Under the pieces are notes generated by a model. That model worked only from the letters and a program-made list of their open reading frames with translations. It was not told where the DNA came from and did not search any database. Below are positions 8,385 through 15,647 of a stretch of 19,300 bases of DNA, piece by piece. The DNA is from Candidatus Hadarchaeales archaeon (GTDB lineage Archaea > Hadarchaeota > Hadarchaeia > Hadarchaeales > JAWBSP01): positions 1 through 19,300 of the forward strand of contig JAWBSP010000020.1 of the NCBI GenBank assembly GCA_038842485.1. The letters are read 5' to 3'. Position 1 is the stretch's first letter, and the number at the start of each line of letters is the position of its first letter. The position numbers and the translations under genes were made by a program.

Positions 8385-8840
8385 TCAATGATCGGCTTGG
8401 ATCAGTTCCAGTCTAAACTTGAAAACTCTCCGCCCACCCGATCTTTCCGTCCAAGCGTCAACCAATTTGAACAGACCCTTGTAAACCCATACATTGCGTT
8501 CAATTTTCTCGTATACTCTCACTAATTCCGGTGCAGTCTTCCCCTCCTTGTACTTGAGGGCCGCCTCGTAAAACAGACCATTTTGAGTGAGCGAGCCGTC
8601 CCGATTTCTGAGTTCCTGGTCGACCTCCTTCGGGCTTTTACCCACCGGCGGTCTCGGGTTGTCATGCCCCTCGTAAATGATGACTCTTCCATTTTCCTCG
8701 ATGCGATCCCGGTAAGGAGCGCTGGGCTGGACGTTCATCAAAATTACACTATAGGTTTTCCCCAACCTGAAGTTCATTCCCTTTCTAAGCAAGACGCCCT
8801 CACGTTGGCACATTTGGAAATAAGAAATTCTCTGCTTCAT
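8385..8840 (-). CDS. Stand-alone SRA/YDG-like domain (N-terminal domain of SRA-HNH modification-dependent endonucleases), no HNH
   Basis: ISYFQMCQREG...GMNFRLG...SVILM...PYRDRIEE...IIYEGHD...DQ...LTQNGLF...VRVYEKI...WVYKGLFKLVDAW...VFKFRL. Visibly more AT-rich than neighbours. ATG 8840 (TTG 8846 alternative). Confidence 0.7.
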   Translation of the reverse strand: MKQRISYFQMCQREGVLLRKGMNFRLGKTYSVILMNVQPSAPYRDRIEENGRVIIYEGHDNPRPPVGKSPKEVDQELRNRDGSLTQNGLFYEAALKYKEGKTAPELVRVYEKIERNVWVYKGLFKLVDAWTERSGGRRVFKFRLELIQADH

Positions 8841-8975
8841 ATTCAAACACAGTCTACACGAATGTTCTCATACGCGACGCTCTTGAGGACTCTCACGAGT
8901 GAGCCAAAAGGGTTGCTCTGCATCCTGGCGAGTCTAGTTGAGTCCTGTCGTTGAAGCAGGACCCCGCGAGCTGGT

Positions 8976-10214
8976 TCACAGAAAGCTTCTTGGATCCGTT
9001 ACCTTCCCGGTCACGGCTGAGGCGGCGGCTGTGAGGGGGGAGGCAAGATAGATGCTGGCCTTCTCACTGCCCATCCTTCCCAGAAAGTTTCGGTTGGAGG
9101 TTGAGACGCAGACCTCTCCCGGCCCCAGAATCCCGATGTGCCCCCCCATGCATGGTCCGCAGCCGGGGGAACCCACCACGCACCCAGCTTTCAGGAAGAT
9201 TTCTATGAGTCCGCGCTCGAGGGCCTGCAGGAAAACCCTTCTGGAAGCCGGAACCACGATCATTCTGACACCCTCCTTGACCCTCCTCCCCTTCAGAATC
9301 CTGGCTGCCAGTTCAAGGTCCTCCAGCCTTCCGTTTGTGCAGCTTCCCAGGAAAACCTGATCCACCTCAACCCCCTCAACCTCCCTGACCGCCGAAACGT
9401 TGTCCACGGAGTGCGGTTTGGCGATCTGCGGCTCAAGTTTCTCCACCTCGATCTCCACGGTCCGCTCGTACTGGGCATCGGGATCCGGTGAGATCTCCTC
9501 AACCTGCTCCCCCAGATACTCCTCGGTCTTCCTGTCGGGCTGCATCAGACCGCACTTGGCACCCATCTCGACCGCCATGTTGGTCATGGTGAGCCTGGAG
9601 TCCATGCTCAGCTCGGAAATCGTTTCCCCGCCGAATTCGAGCGATTTGTAGGTGGCACCGTCAGCCCCGATCTCACCGCATAGGTGGAGTATGAGATCCT
9701 TAGAGGTGAGGTGGGCCGGCAACTTCCCGTGATAGTTTACCCTGATGGTTTCTGGAACCTTGAACCAGAGCTTTCCGGAGGCCATGACGGCCGCGAGTTC
9801 GGTCGAGCCAATTCCGGTCGCGAAGGCGCCGAAGGCTCCATGCATGCAGGAGTGCGAGTCGGCCCCCACGATTACCATTCCGGGTCTGTCGTAGAGCTCG
9901 GCTAGGAGCTGGTGGCATATTCCCTCCCCCACATCGTGCAACTTGCAACCCTGCTCCCTGGCAAACTCCCGCATCATCTGGTGCAGGCTTGAGGTCCCCT
10001 CCGAGGTGCTTGGGGCCACATGATCGATGACCAGAACGATGCGGCTGGGATCGAAAACCCTCTTTGCGCCCATTTCCCTGAAGGCCCTGATGGCGAGGGG
10101 GGCAGTTCCGTCCTGCCCCATGGCAAGGTCGATGGGCGAGACCACGAGTTCCCCCGCCGAAACTCTCCTGCCCGTCCTCTTACTAAAGATTTTTTCCACG
10201 AGCGTCTGTCCCAT
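8976..10214 (-). CDS. LeuC/homoaconitase-type [4Fe-4S] hydratase large subunit
   Basis: QDGTAP, VIDH, GICHQ, GADSH, FLGSCTNGR, PGCGPCMG, STSNRNFLGRMG, YLASP. Start overlaps the synthase stop (TGATG). Confidence 0.92.
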   Translation of the reverse strand: MGQTLVEKIFSKRTGRRVSAGELVVSPIDLAMGQDGTAPLAIRAFREMGAKRVFDPSRIVLVIDHVAPSTSEGTSSLHQMMREFAREQGCKLHDVGEGICHQLLAELYDRPGMVIVGADSHSCMHGAFGAFATGIGSTELAAVMASGKLWFKVPETIRVNYHGKLPAHLTSKDLILHLCGEIGADGATYKSLEFGGETISELSMDSRLTMTNMAVEMGAKCGLMQPDRKTEEYLGEQVEEISPDPDAQYERTVEIEVEKLEPQIAKPHSVDNVSAVREVEGVEVDQVFLGSCTNGRLEDLELAARILKGRRVKEGVRMIVVPASRRVFLQALERGLIEIFLKAGCVVGSPGCGPCMGGHIGILGPGEVCVSTSNRNFLGRMGSEKASIYLASPLTAAASAVTGKVTDPRSFL

Positions 10215-11521
10215 CAGAGTTCGAATCCTGCCTTCCTTGCCAGCTCCCTGAATTCCTCGTCCCTGATGGGGGTCCTCCTGCCCCCTTCCACGTACCTGCC
10301 TTTCACCGTCTCCACCAGTTGCGCCAGACGCGGGTCGTTTTCCTCCACTTTCTTCCCCAGGAGCTGCTCGAGCTTGAGGTGAATGCCATGCTTGCCGGAT
10401 CTTGGACCCACCACAATTACCCTTTCCTGTCCCACGAGTTCCGGCGGAAAGACCTCGTAGGTGAGGGGGAGGGACTTGATACCGTGTACGTGGATGCCAG
10501 ACTCATGGGCGAAGGCCCCGTCCCCCACCATCGCCTTGTTGAGCGGCAGGTGGTACTTGAGGGCCGAGGCCAGGAAGAGGGCCAGCTTCCTGAAGGGCTT
10601 CATGTTCCACTTTCTCATGTCGTGGTGGAAGTAGCAGTTCATGATCACCTTCTCCGTTTCGGCGTTCCCCGCCCTGTCTCCGAGTCCCAGGAAGGTCGTG
10701 CTCACGTACACTTTATCGTAGAGCCCGGCGGCTGCCCGGATGGTGGCCATGGTGTTCTCCACCGCGTTCCCAAGGTCGTCATGGGAATGAATCTCAATAT
10801 AGGGGATTTTGGTTTCACGCTTTATGTGCATGATTTTGGTGGGGATCCCGTTCGGGAGGGTGGCGGAGGGATCGGACAGCCCTACTCCAACCGTGTCGCA
10901 TATCCTGTACACCTTCGCCCCCGCCTCTGCCACCGCGTTGATGAAGATGCGCTCGAACTCCCACTCCGCCCTCGTGCTGTCCTCCCCGTGTACGAAGACG
11001 GTCAGCCCGTGTTCGACCGCATAGGAGACCGTTTCCACCACCCGCCTCACCAGCTCCTCCAGCGGTTTGTCCATCCACTTCTCGAAGTGAATGAAGGACA
11101 CGGGGTGGGAGATCCCAACCTGCTTGAAATCGAGTTTGAGGGCCAGATCTACGTCCTCCTTTGCCGCCCTGCACCAAGCCGCCAGCATATCTCCGAGTCC
11201 CCGGTCCTGCATGAGCTTAACGGCCTGCTGGTCGGCCTTGGTGTAGGTCATCACCTCCAGCCTCTCCACCCCGATCTCCCTGAGCATGCAGGCAATCTCG
11301 CAGGAATCCTCGGGCTTGGGGATCACCAGTCCGGCCATCTGCAGTCCCTCCCTGAGGGTGCAGTCGTCCACCACCACCTCAATCCGCAGCGGAACTGGTT
11401 TGTACACCATCCTTCTGAGTTCCTCCCACCTGCTCAGATCGAACTGGCCATCCTTCAGAAATTCTCTTATTCTTTCCAGCTCCCTCTTCCTGAGCTCGTC
11501 AAGCAGTTGCAGCTCGCGCAT
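10214..11521 (-). CDS. DRE-TIM acyl-CoA condensing enzyme (LeuA/homocitrate synthase superfamily), Re-citrate synthase-like
   Basis: DCTLREGLQ, HGEDSTRA, RICDTVG, EIHSHDDLG, GLGDRAGNA, AFAHESGIH, GPRSGKH. No LeuA regulatory domain. ATG 11521 preferred over 11620. Confidence 0.85.
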   Translation of the reverse strand: MRELQLLDELRKRELERIREFLKDGQFDLSRWEELRRMVYKPVPLRIEVVVDDCTLREGLQMAGLVIPKPEDSCEIACMLREIGVERLEVMTYTKADQQAVKLMQDRGLGDMLAAWCRAAKEDVDLALKLDFKQVGISHPVSFIHFEKWMDKPLEELVRRVVETVSYAVEHGLTVFVHGEDSTRAEWEFERIFINAVAEAGAKVYRICDTVGVGLSDPSATLPNGIPTKIMHIKRETKIPYIEIHSHDDLGNAVENTMATIRAAAGLYDKVYVSTTFLGLGDRAGNAETEKVIMNCYFHHDMRKWNMKPFRKLALFLASALKYHLPLNKAMVGDGAFAHESGIHVHGIKSLPLTYEVFPPELVGQERVIVVGPRSGKHGIHLKLEQLLGKKVEENDPRLAQLVETVKGRYVEGGRRTPIRDEEFRELARKAGFEL

Positions 11522-11537
11522 CAATCTTAGGGGCTTG

Positions 11538-11545
11538 ATTTTAAA
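11538..11545. promoter_or_regulatory. TATA-like box in the divergent synthase/pfdA spacer
   Basis: ATTTTAAA is the most TATA-like element in the 85-bp spacer, about 20 bp from the synthase ATG. Direction not resolved. Confidence 0.35.
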
Positions 11546-11606
11546 GTAGGGAACTCGAGGCGTGGTATCGAAACCGCTCCCTAAAAGGAGAGTAGAAAAG
11601 GAAAGG

Positions 11607-12041
11607 ATGCCGGGACTCACCGAGGAGGAAAGGGCAAAGCTTCAAAGCGCTGCCTCCCAGCTTAACTCCTATGAGTTACAGGCAGAGGCGCTCAGACAGC
11701 AGCTCTCATCCCTCACCAGAACCCTCTCCGAGCATTCGGTCACCCTTGAGACCCTGAGGGCCATGAAAGGACTGCAGCCAGACACCGAGACCCTAGTTTC
11801 GATAGGGTCGGGCTGCCATGTTTTTGCGAAGCTCAAGGCCGATGGCAAGGTGCTGTACGGGGTTGGGGCAGGGGTGATGCTTGAGAAGTCCATGGATGAG
11901 GCGATCTCGCTCCTGGAAGGCAGAATGAAAGACCTCCAAGATGCCATGGAGAAAACCCGGGCAGAGCTCGAGAAGGTCACCGCCGAGGCCGAGAAGCTCA
12001 GGCCCGAGCTGGAGAAGCTTCTGGAGAAAGCCAGAGGCTGA
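11607..12041 (+). CDS. pfdA: Prefoldin alpha subunit
   Basis: Coiled coil, then beta hairpins ETLVSIGSGCHVFAKL...KVLYGVGAGVMLEKSMDEAI, then coiled coil. Directly upstream of ftsY as is common in archaea. Confidence 0.9.
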   Translation: MPGLTEEERAKLQSAASQLNSYELQAEALRQQLSSLTRTLSEHSVTLETLRAMKGLQPDTETLVSIGSGCHVFAKLKADGKVLYGVGAGVMLEKSMDEAISLLEGRMKDLQDAMEKTRAELEKVTAEAEKLRPELEKLLEKARG

Positions 12042-13099
12042 TGTTTGAGAAGTTAAAGCAGAAGCTGAGGGCGGTCAAGGACAAGCTAGCAGGCAGGATT
12101 CAGAGGAAGAAAGAGGAACCGGAGTCCAAGCCGGAAGAACCCAAGCCCGAGCAACCAGAGCCTAAGCCCGAGGTCAAACCGCTCGCCCCTCCCGAGCATC
12201 CCGGGGTAACTCGGGTCAGGAGGGCGATTAAGAAAATGGTCCACCGCAGGCTCTCGGAAGAGGATTTGCAGGATATCCTCTGGGATCTGCACGTGGCACT
12301 CTTGGAGAGCGATACGGCTCTCCCCGTGGCGGAGCAGATCATCCAGGCGGTAAAGTCAGAGTTGGTGAACAGGGAGATAGGTCTCAGGGATGACGCTAGG
12401 GAGCTGGCCGAGCAGGCACTGAGGGCGGCGGTGCGGAGGGTTCTCACCCCGAGCGTGCGCGTGAATATACTGGAAACTATAGAAAGGAGGCGGGCTGAGG
12501 GTCAGCCGGCTGTTATCGTTTTCTTCGGGGTGAACGGGGTGGGAAAGACGACGGCTATCGCCAAGCTCGCGAAGTACCTCTCGGACAGGGGGTACAAGGT
12601 TCTTCTCGCGGCATCCGACACCTTCAGGGCGGCCGGCATTGAGCAGCTCGAGATGCATGCTGCTAGGATAGGCGTTCCGGTGATAAAGCAGCGGAGGGGG
12701 GCGGATGCGGCGGCGGTGGCCTACGACGCCATCGCCCACGCCAGGGCCAGGGGTTTTGATGTGGTCCTGGTTGACACGGCTGGCAGGATGCAGACCGATG
12801 TGGATCTGATGGAGGAGATGAAAAAAATTGTCAGGGTCACCAAACCGGATTTGAAGATTTTCGTGGGAGATGCCCTCGCGGGGAACGATGCGGTGGAGCA
12901 GGCCCTCGCCTTCGAGCGGGCTGTGGGGATAGATGGGGCCATCCTGTGCAAGATGGACGCCGATGCCAGGGGAGGGGCGGCGCTCTCCATCTCCCAGGTC
13001 ACGGGCAAGCCCATTCTCATGCTGGGAACCGGGCAGAGGTACGAGGACTTGGTGGAGTTCAAACCCGAACTGATTCTTTCCGCTCTTTTCGCGAACTGA
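12041..13099 (+). CDS. ftsY: Signal recognition particle receptor FtsY
   Basis: MFEKLK N-terminus, GVNGVGKTT, DTFRAAG, DTAGRMQT, KMDADARGG, GTGQRYEDL. Confidence 0.96.
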   Translation: MFEKLKQKLRAVKDKLAGRIQRKKEEPESKPEEPKPEQPEPKPEVKPLAPPEHPGVTRVRRAIKKMVHRRLSEEDLQDILWDLHVALLESDTALPVAEQIIQAVKSELVNREIGLRDDARELAEQALRAAVRRVLTPSVRVNILETIERRRAEGQPAVIVFFGVNGVGKTTAIAKLAKYLSDRGYKVLLAASDTFRAAGIEQLEMHAARIGVPVIKQRRGADAAAVAYDAIAHARARGFDVVLVDTAGRMQTDVDLMEEMKKIVRVTKPDLKIFVGDALAGNDAVEQALAFERAVGIDGAILCKMDADARGGAALSISQVTGKPILMLGTGQRYEDLVEFKPELILSALFAN

Positions 13100-14033
13100 G
13101 GACGCGCTCCACCTCCTCTATTCTCCGCTCGTAGGTTGCCCTTAGTCTCAGGAAATCCTTCTCCTCCATCTCCCCCCTCCTATACCTTTTCTTGATTTCG
13201 GCAAGCATCTTTTTCAGGCCGTCCCTCATTCTCTCGAGTTTCCTGAGGTTCATCTGCAGGTTGAGCTCCATCTGCTCCCTCAGCTTCCGCTCGAACCTCC
13301 TCCCCAGGTGTGAGAGAACCAGGACGAAGATACTGAAGCACCCCAGGATTAGGAGGGCGGTTTGGATGGCGCTGGCCGCCGTCTGGCTGAATCCCCACAG
13401 GATGGAAAGGAAGTTGGTGAGACCGTGCATCAGGATGGCGCCGGTGATGTTCCGGCTGAGATAGCTGACCAGTCCGAACCAGGTGAAGAGGATGAAGGCC
13501 TGCACGAAGAGAAGGGGTGCCGCCTCTAGGTCGAAGTACCAGAGGTGAAGGGAGAGGTGGAGGAGGGAGGAGATGAGGATGGAGGCGGCTGGGCCTAGGG
13601 GGAGGAGCGTCTGTAGAACGTATCCCCTGAACACCGCCTCCTCCGAGAAGGCGATGGGGAAGAAGGAGGCTGGCAGAAGGTAGTACCTGTACCATTGCGG
13701 CTGGGCTTTTATGTAGTTCTCAAACTCCTCCCTGCTCTCCTGCTCGGATTTCCCCATGAGCTTCAGCACCGCGGCGCTGGCCATCCCAAGCAGCAGGAAG
13801 AAGACCACGAAGAGGGCGAGGGCCCAGAGGATGGAGCCGGAGAGGTTCTCCCTTGTGAGCCGGATGGATTTCCAGAACCCCTTTCGCGTGAGGTGCCAGA
13901 TGAAGGCGAGGGGAAGGAGATAGACCAGAAGCTCGCTAGGAATTCTCAGCCAGGGGTTCGGGGAGGGCACCGCGAGCATGGAGGAGAGGAGGAAAACCAG
14001 CCAGACGAGCAAGACCTTCGCGGTTCTGTTCAT
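13059..14033 (-). CDS. CPBP (Abi/CAAX) family intramembrane glutamic endopeptidase with soluble C-terminal tail
   Basis: Multiple TM segments, EEAVFRG, LHLSLH, HGLTN. ATG 14033 after GGGGAAAGG. Overlaps the ftsY 3' end convergently by 41 bp. Confidence 0.85.
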   Translation of the reverse strand: MNRTAKVLLVWLVFLLSSMLAVPSPNPWLRIPSELLVYLLPLAFIWHLTRKGFWKSIRLTRENLSGSILWALALFVVFFLLLGMASAAVLKLMGKSEQESREEFENYIKAQPQWYRYYLLPASFFPIAFSEEAVFRGYVLQTLLPLGPAASILISSLLHLSLHLWYFDLEAAPLLFVQAFILFTWFGLVSYLSRNITGAILMHGLTNFLSILWGFSQTAASAIQTALLILGCFSIFVLVLSHLGRRFERKLREQMELNLQMNLRKLERMRDGLKKMLAEIKKRYRRGEMEEKDFLRLRATYERRIEEVERVLSSRKERKESVRV

Positions 14034-14079
14034 CAGCCTTTCCCCCTGCTGCTTTTTGCCTGCAACGACTTCATTAGGG

Positions 14080-15465
14080 ATGCCCAAGACCAAAATCATC
14101 TGCACGATCGGGCCAGCCTCCACCTCCCTTCACGTTCTCCGCGAGATGGCGAGGGCGGGAATGGATGTGGCGAGGCTCAACTTCTCGCACGGTGATTTTT
14201 CCGAGCACCTGCTTCGATATCACTACATCCGCAGGGTCTCGGCTGAGCTGGGGAGGCAGATAGGAGTTCTGCAGGATTTGCCCGGACCAAAGATCAGGAT
14301 AGGGGATTTTGCGGGCGGGTCCGTAAAACTTCTCCCCGGTCGGACCTTCACCCTCACCACAACCCCCTGCACTGGGGACGAGAACAGGGTTTATATTGGG
14401 TATCCGAGGCTCACCGAATTTCTGCAACCCGGTCAGAGGGTCATGCTGGACGATGGAAACATCCAGCTTCGCGTACAGGAGGTCCTAGAGAAGGAGGTCG
14501 CGTGCAGGGTTGAGATTGGGGGCGAGCTCAAGGGGAGGAAGGGAGCGGTTTTCCCAGACTCTGACCTTCCGCTCCCGTCCATCACTGAGGAGGACAGGAA
14601 GGCACTCGAGTTCGGGGCGCAGCTTGGGGTGGATATGGTGGCAGTGTCATTCGCGAGGTCGCCCGAGAACATCGAGGATGTGAGGAAAATCCTAGGGGAG
14701 CGCGGGGTGGGACAAGTGCAGGTGATTGCCAAGATTGAGGAAAGACAGGGGCTCAGGAACCTCGGGTCGCTTCTCGAGGTCTCGGATGGGATAATGGTGG
14801 CGAGGGGGGATCTGGGGGTCAGCGTCCCAAGAGAGGAGGTGCCCCTGCTTCAGGAGAGGATAATCAAGAGTTGCAGGCGGGAGGGGAAGCCGGTGGTGGT
14901 TGCTACCCAGATGCTCGAATCAATGGTCAGCCAGCCCACACCTACCCGCGCGGAGGTGACCGATGTCGCACTGGCCTCCCTTCAGGGTGCGGACGCTCTG
15001 ATGCTTTCCGCGGAAACAGCTGTTGGAAAGTATCCTGTTGAGGCGGTAAAGGAAATGTCCTCCATCCTGCAGACGGTCGAGGCCTCCCCAGAGTACCTGA
15101 GGGTCATAAGGGGAAGGGAGGGCTACCCCGCTAAGCCTAGCATCGAACAGGCGCTGTGTCGGGCCATTGACGAACTTTCGGAGGCGGCCGGCGTGAGGGG
15201 AATAATACTTTCGGTTGCAAGCGGACGGATGCTCAGGATCCTCTCTGCCTACCGTCCAGCCGTTCCCATTTATGCGATTTTCCGGAACGAGACTCAAGCC
15301 CGGAGCTTCCTCCTCTGGTGGGGGGTCGAGCCGGTGGTTGGGGAGGTGGAGGATGTTCTGCAACAGCTCAAGGAGAGGGGAGAGCTGGGGAAGGGGGAGA
15401 GGGTCCTGCTCTGTGGGGACGAGGGGACCCCCTTTGGTAAACAAATCAAACTCTTTGAGATATGA
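14080..15465 (+). CDS. pyk: Pyruvate kinase
   Basis: TKIICTIGP, ARLNFSHG, DLPGPKIR, IAKIE, IMVARGDLG, ATQMLESM, PTRAEVTD, MLSAETAVGKYP. ATG 14080. Confidence 0.96.
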   Translation: MPKTKIICTIGPASTSLHVLREMARAGMDVARLNFSHGDFSEHLLRYHYIRRVSAELGRQIGVLQDLPGPKIRIGDFAGGSVKLLPGRTFTLTTTPCTGDENRVYIGYPRLTEFLQPGQRVMLDDGNIQLRVQEVLEKEVACRVEIGGELKGRKGAVFPDSDLPLPSITEEDRKALEFGAQLGVDMVAVSFARSPENIEDVRKILGERGVGQVQVIAKIEERQGLRNLGSLLEVSDGIMVARGDLGVSVPREEVPLLQERIIKSCRREGKPVVVATQMLESMVSQPTPTRAEVTDVALASLQGADALMLSAETAVGKYPVEAVKEMSSILQTVEASPEYLRVIRGREGYPAKPSIEQALCRAIDELSEAAGVRGIILSVASGRMLRILSAYRPAVPIYAIFRNETQARSFLLWWGVEPVVGEVEDVLQQLKERGELGKGERVLLCGDEGTPFGKQIKLFEI

Positions 15466-15611
15466 GAGATACCATAACCTGCCCCAGCTGTGGCTTCACG
15501 TTCAGCAAATCCTATGCGCGGGTGACGGCCTGCAAGGGGTGTCCTGAGTCCGTCCTCTCTTGCGCGTACATAAAGTGTCCACGGTGCGGGCACGAGTTCT
15601 CAAATCCCTGA
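15462..15611 (+). CDS. 49-aa Cys-rich metal-binding microprotein (zinc-ribbon or Fe-S like)
   Basis: Translated by hand: MRDTITCPSCGFTFSKSYARVTACKGCPESVLSCAYIKCPRCGHEFSNP. ATGA overlap with the pyk stop; CPxCG at both ends. Absent from the ORF track. Confidence 0.85.
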   Translation: MRDTITCPSCGFTFSKSYARVTACKGCPESVLSCAYIKCPRCGHEFSNP

Positions 15612-15647
15612 GGCGAGCGTCTAATCCCCCGAGTTCAGAATAAGTGA

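Noticed and set aside
8843-8923. 26-codon minus-strand ORF (MQSNPFGSLVRVLKSVAYENIRVDCV) and a CTCAC-GA-GTGAG palindrome upstream of the SRA-like gene
   Set aside because: Too short, no motif; both are within chance expectation.
10319-11530. 403-aa plus-strand ORF opposite the synthase
   Set aside because: Antisense shadow of a GC-rich gene; no recognisable motifs.
12113-12190. EPKPE-like repeats near the ftsY N-terminus
   Set aside because: Low-complexity linker that is normal for the variable FtsY N-terminal region.
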